From a bacterium (GTDB taxonomy: Bacteria > Patescibacteriota > Minisyncoccia > Phycocordibacterales > UBA6899): DNA of 63,420 nt. Below are positions 1 to 8,457 of the stretch, in pieces. Made by a program: the position numbers and the translations under genes. The stretch lies in NCBI GenBank assembly GCA_021851895.1, contig JAJZQJ010000003.1, forward strand, positions 1-63,420, written 5' to 3'. The notes under the pieces were generated by a model. That model worked only from the letters and a program-made list of their open reading frames with translations, did not search any database and was not told the origin of the DNA. Every line of letters starts with the position of its first letter. Position 1 is the first letter of the stretch.

Positions 1-68
1 CTTTAATGGAGAGACAACACTGAATGGAACAATTTCACATAACGATATAAGTAATCAACATCAAGCTC

Positions 69-410
69 ATGTCTAATCAGCAACTTACTTCGAGAGAGGG
101 TTCAATTAATTTTTGGACAAAAGAAAAAAGCCTCATAGATACAATAGTTGATGGAAGCCCACTTTCGACTTCATCAATTATCTTGGGGACTTTTGAGTTA
201 GCAGATGGAGGAATTCTTATTTCAGAATCAAGAGACGGACGAATCCAGGTTGCATTTGTGGTAAATAACGCAGGGCGAGTAAATTTAACCTCGGGTAGTA
301 GGGTAATGGGTAATGAGAAACACATGATTACACTGACTTGGAGGAAAGATGCAGACCTCATTAGTCTTTATATAGATGGTACCGTTGCTAATTCAGTTAG
401 TTTTCCCTAG
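69..410 (+). CDS. hypothetical protein, possible LamG/concanavalin-like beta-sandwich fragment
   Basis: 113-aa ORF. C-terminal ITLTWRKDADLISLYIDGTVANSVSF resembles LamG-type strands. Hairpin terminator follows. Confidence 0.3.
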   Translation: MSNQQLTSREGSINFWTKEKSLIDTIVDGSPLSTSSIILGTFELADGGILISESRDGRIQVAFVVNNAGRVNLTSGSRVMGNEKHMITLTWRKDADLISLYIDGTVANSVSFP

Positions 411-467
411 ATTTATATATTAATCAAGAAGATTGCAACGTAATTTGACTGCAAGGAATTGTCCAAA

Positions 468-497
468 AGAAAAGCACCACATTGAGTGCTTTTCTTA
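468..497. terminator. hairpin terminator between ORF 69-410 (+) and tRNA-Gln (-)
   Basis: aagcac-loop-gtgctt stem followed by a T-run, with an A-run on the other side (usable in both directions). Confidence 0.5.
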
Positions 498-502
498 TTT
501 TG

Positions 503-573
503 CTACGGGACTTGGAATCGAACCAAGATTAAAGGCTTCAAAGGCCTCTGTCCTACCTTTAGACGATCCCGTA
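503..573 (-). tRNA. tRNA-Gln (anticodon UUG)
   Basis: Manual cloverleaf on the reverse complement: acceptor TACGGGA/TCCCGTA, D-stem GTCT/GGAC, anticodon stem GAGGC/GCCTT, loop CTTTGAA, T-arm CTTGG-TTCGATT-CCAAG, discriminator G. No encoded CCA. Confidence 0.85.
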
Positions 574-746
574 AATTATTATGTGTTCAAATGAAATACG
601 AAGGCTCAAAAACACGCAGTCATAGGACAGAGGTTTACCTCTTTCCTACCCGTGAGCGACTGAACGTAGGGAAGGCGTGAGTTGATGAGGGTTGCGGTGG
701 CGACTCCTTATCGGGCAAGAATGCCTGGTGCCCGTAGGGCCATTCT

Positions 747-767
747 TACCTTTAGACGATCCCGTAA
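747..767 (-). repeat. exact 21-nt duplicate of the tRNA-Gln 5' end (acceptor 5' strand plus D-arm)
   Basis: tacctttagacgatcccgtaa at 554-574 recurs at 747-767. No T-arm or cloverleaf can be completed for the second copy. Confidence 0.8.
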
Positions 768-861
768 TGTTTGAACTGTACTGTTATATCATATATGTGC
801 ATTGTTTGCTAGATTGGTAAAATAACATATAAGTGAGTAGAAGAAGTGCTATACTTTATGC

Positions 862-1353
862 ATGAATCATAGACAAACACCTTTTGAGTTCTCAGAATCT
901 TTGGTTAAAGGAAAGATTGTGGAGACCGTATTTTTCAGAATGTTCAGTCATTCTGGTAATTATGTAGTACTGCCATTCGGATATGAGAATGTATTACCAG
1001 CAATAGCAGGTATTAGTTCAAACGGTAATGACGATGATGCTGTGAGTGCAATAAAAAGAGCGCCAGATTTTGTCATTATCGATAAAGAGGAACCACATGA
1101 TGTAAAGTTAGTTGAAGTAAAGTATATGAAGCATCCTTCCGCAGAAAAAGTGTTAGAAAAGGCGACATTAATACTTCAGTCTTGGAGGCCAGCATATTTA
1201 TTTCTCGCTACGCCAAAAGGATTTTATCTTGAAAAGGTTGCCGAGATAGTTAAAAACAAAGGTGCAATGAATTTGCTTGGAGAGGAAATTATCTCACGTG
1301 ACCTGCAGGCGGAATATGCCAATTTGGTAAATAAATACATAGAACCACTCTAG
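862..1353 (+). CDS. hypothetical protein, possible PD-(D/E)xK nuclease fold
   Basis: 163 aa. APDFVIID...VKLVEVKY resembles the D...(D/E)xK core of restriction-endonuclease-like proteins. Weak, motif-level only. Confidence 0.4.
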   Translation: MNHRQTPFEFSESLVKGKIVETVFFRMFSHSGNYVVLPFGYENVLPAIAGISSNGNDDDAVSAIKRAPDFVIIDKEEPHDVKLVEVKYMKHPSAEKVLEKATLILQSWRPAYLFLATPKGFYLEKVAEIVKNKGAMNLLGEEIISRDLQAEYANLVNKYIEPL

Positions 1354-1374
1354 TTCAAGTTTCTGACACTTCAA

Positions 1375-1383
1375 TGCTATAAT
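1375..1383 (+). promoter_or_regulatory. extended -10 box (TGCTATAAT) 6 nt upstream of ATG 1390
   Basis: tgctataat followed by caaaaa then ATG. Member of the leaderless-type promoter series. Confidence 0.6.
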
Positions 1384-1389
1384 CAAAAA

Positions 1390-2037
1390 ATGCAATCGAT
1401 TTCTGCTTTTATCTTCGACATGGACGGTGTGCTCTCTGATACCCAGCAGCTCCATTCTCGAATCGAATCCGAAGTGCTCGCTGAATATGGTATCATCATC
1501 AGTCCAGAGGAGATCTCACCACGCTTTGCGGGAACACGTACAGAGGAGATCTTCGCAAAGATCCTTGAGGAGCATCATTCCTCGTACAGTGTTGCTGACC
1601 TTCTTGAAGAAAAGTGGAGGAGGGTGACCGCGATGGCAGAGTCTGACGTTGTCCCGATCAAGGGGGCGATTGCTCTGCTTGAGCGGCTTACAAAGGAAGG
1701 CTATCCGCTCTCTGTCGCTTCATCCTCACGTACCGCATATGTAGAGCTCATACTCCGCTCGCTCGGTATCGAGAATCATTTTCAATATGTAGTGACAGGA
1801 GAAATGGTGAAAAGGGGGAAACCCGATCCTGATATCTTTCTTCTTGCAGCGGAAAAGATGCACTTCCCGCCTGAGGAATGTATCGTCATCGAGGACAGTC
1901 GGCTAGGAATGCTCGCTGCCCGCGATGCCGGCATGCGTTGTATTGGTCTCGTCGAGGATATTCATAGAGAGTATCCGACGCCGCATCTCGTACAGACCCT
2001 CGACGAGGTCACCCCAGAATACATCGCGAGTCTATAA
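1390..2037 (+). CDS. HAD-superfamily hydrolase, beta-phosphoglucomutase-like
   Basis: FDMDGVLSDT (DxDG motif I), SSS motif II, KPDPDIF and EDS motifs. 215 aa. Confidence 0.85.
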   Translation: MQSISAFIFDMDGVLSDTQQLHSRIESEVLAEYGIIISPEEISPRFAGTRTEEIFAKILEEHHSSYSVADLLEEKWRRVTAMAESDVVPIKGAIALLERLTKEGYPLSVASSSRTAYVELILRSLGIENHFQYVVTGEMVKRGKPDPDIFLLAAEKMHFPPEECIVIEDSRLGMLAARDAGMRCIGLVEDIHREYPTPHLVQTLDEVTPEYIASL

Positions 2038-2040
2038 CAT

Positions 2041-2063
2041 AAAACACCCAGAAGGGTGTTTAT
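2041..2063. terminator. bidirectional intrinsic terminator
   Basis: aaaacaccc-agaa-gggtgttt between convergent genes. Confidence 0.7.
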
Positions 2064-2077
2064 AATCATCAGGAAGC

Positions 2078-2605
2078 TTATTCTGCGATCGAGTACTGCT
2101 TGTGGAGTGCGATAGGGAGTCCCGCTGCACGTGCTTTGTCTATCGTATCTTGTGTCCCTGTGCTGTCGTTTGCTTGAAAGGCGTAGACTTCATCGGAGTG
2201 CGCTACCTCGTCATTGTGCCTGAGGTTGTAGTGCTGCTGAGTGATGTCTCCATCGTAGGGGAGCGCAAAAAGATGCTCTGGCCGTGCTGCTTGAAGCTTG
2301 CGCAAACAGACATCAAGTGCGTCGATGGATTGTGTTGTGACGGGTGGCTTACACCAGTTCGTTCTGTAGTCGTGAATATAGTTTTCAAGATTCGTCGGCA
2401 AAAACACTTTGAGGGACTTGCCGCTACTATCGTGCGCAAGCGCTTCGGTCATTGCGAAGTAGTCTACACCTGTTGCGCCTCCAGTGATGATGCCATCGCC
2501 ACGCTGTATCACTTCTTTTGCCATTGCGCGTACGTCATGCTCGACCCTCGCATCAGTTAATCTCCATGTGCCCGTGAATAGGATCCATTTCATACCTTCG
2601 AGCAT
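2078..2605 (-). CDS. SLOG/DprA-like Rossmann-fold protein (DUF2493-like)
   Basis: GIITGGATGVDYFAMTEAL matches the GGAxGxD nucleotide-binding loop of DprA/LOG/SLOG families. 175 aa. Confidence 0.5.
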   Translation of the reverse strand: MLEGMKWILFTGTWRLTDARVEHDVRAMAKEVIQRGDGIITGGATGVDYFAMTEALAHDSSGKSLKVFLPTNLENYIHDYRTNWCKPPVTTQSIDALDVCLRKLQAARPEHLFALPYDGDITQQHYNLRHNDEVAHSDEVYAFQANDSTGTQDTIDKARAAGLPIALHKQYSIAE

Positions 2606-2669
2606 AACGAGATTTTACCAGCTAGGCAAGGGGGGTACAATCATCAATGTTATCTGCTATAATAACTCC

Positions 2670-2927
2670 ATGAAACGCACCATCGTCATTTCTTCTTTAC
2701 TCCTTCTCCCTATGCTCGCATCGGCGCTCACACTCGCCGACGTGCAGAACTCCGACTTCTGGCCAGGATTCTGGCAGGGGCTCACACTTCCATTTCGCCT
2801 CTTCCTCAAGTTCTTCATGCATGACCTTACAATCTATGAGCCTACGCGAACGATCTGGTGGTACCATGTCGGATTTCTCGTCGGAGTCTTTGCGATTTTC
2901 ACCGGAGGGCATCATAGTGCGAAATAA
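2670..2927 (+). CDS. small secreted/membrane protein
   Basis: Internal start MKRTIVISSLLLLPMLASA (signal peptide) preceded by tgctataat plus 6 nt. C-terminal hydrophobic helix. 85 aa. Confidence 0.55.
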   Translation: MKRTIVISSLLLLPMLASALTLADVQNSDFWPGFWQGLTLPFRLFLKFFMHDLTIYEPTRTIWWYHVGFLVGVFAIFTGGHHSAK

Positions 2928-2950
2928 AAACGCCATTTGGCGTTTTTTTA
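2926..2950. terminator. bidirectional intrinsic terminator
   Basis: aaaaacgcc-attt-ggcgttttt. Confidence 0.7.
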
Positions 2951-3622
2951 TGCTTTATTTCGCTTCTCGATCCGATCGATCGTCACGGACTTATCCGGCA
3001 TGATCGTGTAATCGATTTCAAGATCCTTCGTATGGAAGACCATCGGAAGCGGTGCTTCGGAGAGTCGCTGCTCGCGACGGAGTTTCTTTGAGCGCAGGTC
3101 GGTCTGAATGCACTGCACGATCTCTGGTCGGACGGTGCATATTTTCTCTATCGCTGCATCTTTGAATGCAAATGGTCCAAGCGGTGTGTATTCCTGTATC
3201 CACTCAGGGACGCGCGCCTCAGGGTGCGCGTCATACATTGGTATGTAGGGTTTGATGTCGAGGACGGGTGTGCCGTCGAGGAGGTCCACGCCCTTTATGT
3301 AGATGCGAGGATAGGCAATACGTTCGATCTCTGCAACCGAAAGACTGATCGCATTCGCTCTATTTGGTGCGCGCGTTGCATAAACACCTTTCCATCCACC
3401 ATTTAAGCGGGGTGGTTGGACCATCGCATGTTTATTGAGTGACTGATGGAAGTCGCCGAGGATCCAGATGTGACTGTATTCGTCGAGGCCTATGAGGGCG
3501 TCACGCGCTGGGCCTGTAAGCTCAATATATGCCGTCATATTGGGTACGAGGCTCGACTGACGGGGAATCTGTCGCATATCTTTGAATGAGGAATGGATGA
3601 TACCGATGGGTTCGCAGTGCAT
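2948..3622 (-). CDS. trmO: tRNA (t6A37-N6)-methyltransferase TrmO (YaeB/TsaA family) with C-terminal extension
   Basis: PIGIIHSSF...IPRQ, GVYATRAPNRANAISLS, DLLDGTPVLDIKPYIP are hallmark YaeB motifs. Confidence 0.8.
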   Translation of the reverse strand: MHCEPIGIIHSSFKDMRQIPRQSSLVPNMTAYIELTGPARDALIGLDEYSHIWILGDFHQSLNKHAMVQPPRLNGGWKGVYATRAPNRANAISLSVAEIERIAYPRIYIKGVDLLDGTPVLDIKPYIPMYDAHPEARVPEWIQEYTPLGPFAFKDAAIEKICTVRPEIVQCIQTDLRSKKLRREQRLSEAPLPMVFHTKDLEIDYTIMPDKSVTIDRIEKRNKA

Positions 3623-3681
3623 GGGGCGATTATAGCAGAAAATGTTTTTATAAAAAGCGAGACTCCAATTGGAGCCTCGGT

Positions 3682-5607
3682 TTATTTACTTGTGGTTAGC
3701 GTGAGTCGCTTCAAGAGATTGCCTTTTACAATGAGGTCAGACGCTCTGATATTCTCCGCCTGTCGTTCATACAGTTCGTTACAGGACTGGATGGGTATGA
3801 TCTTCTTCGACATGATATCGAGGCAGGTGCCCTCAGGGAAGAGGCCACTGTCGCTGCTCGTGTAGGAGAGTGTAGGTGTAAGAATATTTGTGATGATATC
3901 AGTATACGGATCTCTGTGTGTCATGACCGCATGTTTTGGGTCGAGCAGGTCATTTCCGAATATCGTCTGCGGAATCTCAACACCGAGTAGGTTCGCGATA
4001 GTGGGGAAGAGATCAAGATGGCTACCTGGAGTTGCGTTTTTGCCGCGTAAGGTCTTATTGAGGTCCTTTGAGAGTATGATGAGCGGCACCTGGCTGTTCG
4101 TCAGTCCGCGAGGTGTTTTATTGAGTGCGATACTGCGCTGCGCCTCGGTGTCGGTAAAGCTCCCGTGGTCTCCGAAGATCGCGATCACTGAGTCATCATA
4201 GATACCACGTTTCTTTATATCTGCAATGAATGCACCGATTGCGGCATCGACGTAGTGGACGCTGTGTAAGTAGGCTTGCTGCTTCTCGGTGAGCGTCGTG
4301 TCTGCGGGAAACACGAGTTCGTGATACTTCTCGGGAACGATGAACGGGGTGTGCGAGCTTAGCGTGATCGCGGTGGCCATGAACGGGTGCGTGAACGTGC
4401 TCATTTTTTCGGCAGTCTCCCTGAGGAAGTCGTCATCGTCGAGTGTCTCAAATCCCTCCTCTGTTTCAGTGAAATCCGCTTTGCTTATTTGATTCTCATA
4501 GCCGAGACCAGGATAGATGTTCGCTCTGTTCCAGAAGTTCGGTACGTCGCCATGAAGCGCGTACGTATGGTATCCGTTCGCCACTAAGACATTAGGGAGT
4601 GAGTGGAATGTGTTATGTGCAAAATCGACGAATGCAACAGTGTTCGTGAGTGGGTAGAGTGAGGTGAGCGTCACGAATTCTGCATCAGCCGTATTTCCGG
4701 GGCCGATCTGGGTGTAGTAGTTGTCGAAATAGAGACCTTCCTTTGCGAGCTTATTGAGGTTCGGTGTAACTTCCTTATCGCCGATCTTTTGCCCGATGAC
4801 TCCTGCATCGAGGGATTCTATTTGAAGGAAAATAAGATTCTTTCCTTTTGCGATGCCTGTATATTTGTTTGGAGTATGCTGTGAGCGGCTTGCGATCCTC
4901 GTCTCTACGAATGCGATGTCCTCGGGGGTGATATGCGCACGACGAAGTGCGGAGCCGATAAGGTCTCCTATATAATAATTAGTGATACCGGTGCGCTGTA
5001 TCGTCTGATTTTGAGAAAAGACGAAACTATTGATGTCGTGCAGTGTTTGTGCGGGGTTCGAAAGTTTCTTCCAGAGGTCGCCGCCCATCGCAAGGAGCGC
5101 TCCATATCCGAGGAGAACGAAAATGATGATGATGCCGGCGGAGATGAATTTTGTGCGTGCAGAAAGACGGTCTTCGAATATTACTCGAGTCTTGTCGAAA
5201 AGTGCGAGCGCGAACACGGTGAGTGGCGCGAGGAAGAAGAACGCTATACGCGGCGTGATGAGCGTCAGTATCGTACTCCACTCCGCACCCACTTGGTGCG
5301 CATAGCGAAGCGCTGATGCTTGCATGAATCCACCATAAAATGAATGATAGATGTATTGGGATACGAAAATGAGCGACGTGAAGAATGTCGCGCTGAAAAG
5401 ATAGAAGAATCGTGTTCTTTTGCCGAGCAGCAGGGCGGGGCCATAGAGGAGTACTCCAAGTGTGAAACTCTCAAGAAGGAGGTAGCTAAATTCGGTACTA
5501 CGAGGGAGGTTTACCCAGGCATTGAAGATCACATTTTGAACGACGAGCAGCAGGGCGAGGAGTAGCGGAAACAGAGTATTGGTTTTGCCTTGGGAAAGCC
5601 ATTTCAT
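3682..5607 (-). CDS. LTA synthase family / sulfatase-domain membrane protein
   Basis: Five N-terminal TM helices plus alkaline-phosphatase-like domain (FLQIESLD, HGDHG). 641 aa. Confidence 0.8.
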   Translation of the reverse strand: MKWLSQGKTNTLFPLLLALLLVVQNVIFNAWVNLPRSTEFSYLLLESFTLGVLLYGPALLLGKRTRFFYLFSATFFTSLIFVSQYIYHSFYGGFMQASALRYAHQVGAEWSTILTLITPRIAFFFLAPLTVFALALFDKTRVIFEDRLSARTKFISAGIIIIFVLLGYGALLAMGGDLWKKLSNPAQTLHDINSFVFSQNQTIQRTGITNYYIGDLIGSALRRAHITPEDIAFVETRIASRSQHTPNKYTGIAKGKNLIFLQIESLDAGVIGQKIGDKEVTPNLNKLAKEGLYFDNYYTQIGPGNTADAEFVTLTSLYPLTNTVAFVDFAHNTFHSLPNVLVANGYHTYALHGDVPNFWNRANIYPGLGYENQISKADFTETEEGFETLDDDDFLRETAEKMSTFTHPFMATAITLSSHTPFIVPEKYHELVFPADTTLTEKQQAYLHSVHYVDAAIGAFIADIKKRGIYDDSVIAIFGDHGSFTDTEAQRSIALNKTPRGLTNSQVPLIILSKDLNKTLRGKNATPGSHLDLFPTIANLLGVEIPQTIFGNDLLDPKHAVMTHRDPYTDIITNILTPTLSYTSSDSGLFPEGTCLDIMSKKIIPIQSCNELYERQAENIRASDLIVKGNLLKRLTLTTSK

Positions 5608-5738
5608 TGGGCTCTATATTATCATGTATTCGTTCTCCTGTATCGCAGTTTATATTTGTCTTAACCTGCGATATGTGGGATGATTTATTTGAGGCAATGC
5701 GATAAAATCTGCCCTGTCTGCGTACTACTATAGACAAC

Positions 5739-6326
5739 ATGATCGACTCTGAAAAATGCAATGGAAAGACCGATGAAGAGCTCGTCACGCGCTCGCTCGA
5801 TGATTCGAGTTGGTTTTTCTGCTTGGCGAAAAGATATGAAGAAAAACTCATACGCTATATAAGGCGAATTTCTGGTGGCGAGAGAGAGGATCAAGAGGAT
5901 ATATTGCAAGATGTCCTCATAAGTGCCTATCAGCATCTACGAAGTTTTGATACGCGGTTGAAGTTCTCATCATGGATATACCGTATAGCGCATAACACCT
6001 CGATAAGCGCGATCAGGAAGAGGGCTATTCGGCCCACCGTTCACCTCGAGGAGGATGATATGCAGAAATTCGCGGATACTATCGATGTGGAAAAGGAAGT
6101 CGATGCGAACTTTGACCACGCGCTGATACAGGAGGTGCTTGCTCGCCTCAATGAGAAATACAGTGAAGTGCTCATCTTGCGCTACCTCGACGAGAAAGAC
6201 TATCTTGAGATCGCGGATATATTGCGAAAGCCCGTAAGTACTGTTGGGAATTTGATCAGCAGAGGAAAAAAGTTGTTCAAGGCCGAATATGAAAGAACGA
6301 TAATGAATAAACAACATGGAAAATGA
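5739..6326 (+). CDS. RNA polymerase ECF-type sigma-70 factor
   Basis: Region 2 (ILQDVLISAYQHLRSFD...FSSWIYRIAHNTSISAIRK) and region 4 HTH (YLEIADILRKPVSTVGNLISRGKK). Confidence 0.85.
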   Translation: MIDSEKCNGKTDEELVTRSLDDSSWFFCLAKRYEEKLIRYIRRISGGEREDQEDILQDVLISAYQHLRSFDTRLKFSSWIYRIAHNTSISAIRKRAIRPTVHLEEDDMQKFADTIDVEKEVDANFDHALIQEVLARLNEKYSEVLILRYLDEKDYLEIADILRKPVSTVGNLISRGKKLFKAEYERTIMNKQHGK

Positions 6327-7065
6327 TATAGCAAAAAAAGCCCTGCAACGGATTGTTGAGGGTGGCATCACACCAGAGTCGAAAACCGTTGCGAATTTAC
6401 GCAAGTTTGGTTTTTGGCTTCCGGTCATTCTTGCTCTTGTTTTTGGCTCACTCGCAAGTGCAGGAATGTTCTTTGTGCTGATGAACGGTGATTGGGATCT
6501 CCTTGGTCGTTTCGGTGCAGGATTCATCGTGCGCTCAATGCCATATTTCTGGTTGTTTTTCCTCGTCGTCTTTGTGCTCCTCGGTGAGTTTTCTTATGCA
6601 AAGACCACAATTGGCTATCGCTATGGCCCAGTAAAGGTCATCATCACCTACGTGCTTTCAACGATGCTTCTTGGTGGCGTATTCTTGTCACTCGGTGGTG
6701 GGGCTCTGTTCGAGCGAGCGATGTCCGTAAGAGGCATCATGCGTGACATCATGTTCAATCAAACCGAAGTCTGGTCACATCCCGATCAGGGCTTGCTCTC
6801 AGGTACGATAAAAGACATTGGAACATCTACACTACGGTTGGTTGATTTTAGCGGTGTTGAGTGGTCAGTTGATACACAGCACGCGCTTATAAGAGGGCGC
6901 GTGCAATTAGAAAATGGGGAGGCGGTCAAATTACTGGGCACCATGACCGCGAGCGGTTTTGCTGCAAGCGAGATACGCCCCTGGGTAGGAAATGGTTCTA
7001 TGCGAGGCAACGGTCTGCGCAATGGGAGTGGTGCTGGAGTAGGTCGACTTGGTGGAATGCGATAA
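6316..7065 (+). CDS. multi-pass membrane protein, candidate anti-sigma partner
   Basis: Start overlaps the sigma gene stop by 11 nt. 4-5 TM helices. The anti-sigma role is inferred from position only. Confidence 0.45.
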   Translation: MENDIAKKALQRIVEGGITPESKTVANLRKFGFWLPVILALVFGSLASAGMFFVLMNGDWDLLGRFGAGFIVRSMPYFWLFFLVVFVLLGEFSYAKTTIGYRYGPVKVIITYVLSTMLLGGVFLSLGGGALFERAMSVRGIMRDIMFNQTEVWSHPDQGLLSGTIKDIGTSTLRLVDFSGVEWSVDTQHALIRGRVQLENGEAVKLLGTMTASGFAASEIRPWVGNGSMRGNGLRNGSGAGVGRLGGMR

Positions 7066-7123
7066 AAAAGTTTTTGATGCGTATTAATAAGTGAAGGCCT
7101 TAATTAATATAAACTTCAAAACA

Positions 7124-7504
7124 ATGAATAAGACGATCATATCAGTTGGTGTCGCAACACTTATCGTTGCGGCTGCTGCAACTTCAGCATTCGCATATCA
7201 AGGCGATTCGACGAAGCGCGGTCCAAATTATACGCCTGAGCGCCATGCAGCAATGACTGCAGCGATTACGAGTGGGAATTATGATGCTTGGAAGAATTTG
7301 ACAGTAGCGGGTACTCGCGTATCCACGGTCATCACCAAGGACAACTTCCCAAAGTTCGTGGAGATGTGGAAGCTCGAGCAGGCAGGGAAGACCGCTGAAG
7401 CAAAGGTCATTCGTCAGCAGCTCGGACTCGGTGTTGGTGCGGGAATGCACACGGGCCGTGGCCAGGGTCAGGGAATGGGCAGAGGCGTACATCGCTCACT
7501 CTAG
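7124..7504 (+). CDS. small secreted protein, Gly-rich C-terminus
   Basis: MNKTIISVGVATLIVAAAATSAFA signal peptide. Third gene of the sigma module. Confidence 0.5.
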   Translation: MNKTIISVGVATLIVAAAATSAFAYQGDSTKRGPNYTPERHAAMTAAITSGNYDAWKNLTVAGTRVSTVITKDNFPKFVEMWKLEQAGKTAEAKVIRQQLGLGVGAGMHTGRGQGQGMGRGVHRSL

Positions 7505-7521
7505 CGATCGGAGAGTCACTA

Positions 7522-7550
7522 AAAGAACATGCCCGAGGCATGTTCTTTCT
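7522..7550 (+). terminator. intrinsic terminator
   Basis: gaacatgc-loop-gcatgttc followed by tttct. Confidence 0.65.
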
Positions 7551-7643
7551 GGTTTACAGATGTAAAGCTTTGGTGTATCATTCAAATGATGGTTTGAACG
7601 TTATTCATATACAAAATAGACTGTTCACACGATCATTAAATAA

Positions 7644-8075
7644 ATGCATATGGCTAAAAAAGACACCAAAGATTCAAAGTTTTATATTGTCATAGGTGCG
7701 CTTATCATCGCAGTCATCGCATTGTTCTTGTTCTTCCCAATGGCAAAAATGCAACTTTCCGGTGGAGAGTTCGTGCAGACCTATGAGAAGACGGCAAATG
7801 CTGTGGTGCTTGATGTGCGTACGCCGACTGAATTCGCAGCGGGTCATCTCGATAAAGCGATCAATGTCGATTATGAGAATCCTTCTTTCGAAACTGAGAT
7901 AAAGAAGCTCGATACTTCAAAGACATACTTCGTTTACTGTAGATCAGGTAATCGTTCTGGGCGATCCATAGAGATCATGCGCAGAGATGGCTTTGATCAT
8001 ATTTTCGAACTTAAGGGCGGTATCATTTCGAATGTCGGCTCGATCACGCTCGTTCCTTCGGGCGTAAATGGTTAA
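7644..8075 (+). CDS. membrane-anchored rhodanese-domain sulfurtransferase
   Basis: N-terminal TM helix. VLDVRTPTEFAAGHL and active-site loop YCRSGNRS. Confidence 0.8.
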   Translation: MHMAKKDTKDSKFYIVIGALIIAVIALFLFFPMAKMQLSGGEFVQTYEKTANAVVLDVRTPTEFAAGHLDKAINVDYENPSFETEIKKLDTSKTYFVYCRSGNRSGRSIEIMRRDGFDHIFELKGGIISNVGSITLVPSGVNG

Positions 8076-8101
8076 TTTTACTATGAATTAATATAATAAA
8101 T

Positions 8102-8449
8102 ATGCTTTACACAAATTTACATCACATCGAGTCGCTCGATGAACACAAGAAGGTACTTGCAGAGAATGAGAACGTTATGGTCATTTGTGGCCGTATGGGT
8201 CCAATGTGTATCCCTGTATACGGAATCGCCGAGGAACTCGAAGATGTCTATCCACACGTGAAGTTCTGTGATTTTGAATTCGATAATCCTGCAGCAGATG
8301 TCATCCGCGCTCTTCCTGAGGTGCAGGGATTCATGGGCATCCCATTCACCATCTACTACAAGAATGGAAAGGTAGTAAAGGCAACCTCGAGCATTCAGTC
8401 GAAGGCAGAGGTCACTGCGATACTCGACGCTGAGTTTGGTAAGAAATAA
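8102..8449 (+). CDS. thioredoxin-fold protein with atypical active-site region
   Basis: Trx-like length and layout, but CGRMGPMC in place of WCGPC. Immediately upstream of trxB. Confidence 0.6.
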   Translation: MLYTNLHHIESLDEHKKVLAENENVMVICGRMGPMCIPVYGIAEELEDVYPHVKFCDFEFDNPAADVIRALPEVQGFMGIPFTIYYKNGKVVKATSSIQSKAEVTAILDAEFGKK

Positions 8450-8457
8450 TATTTCTC

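Noticed and set aside
486-680. 64-aa ORF on the plus strand.
   Set aside because: It lies antisense across the tRNA-Gln gene and its spacer and has no expression signals.
575-767. Second tRNA gene or intron-containing tRNA-Gln upstream of the intact tRNA-Gln.
   Set aside because: Only the first 21 nt match a tRNA. No T-arm, anticodon arm or acceptor 3' strand can be found, and the downstream tRNA-Gln is complete by itself.
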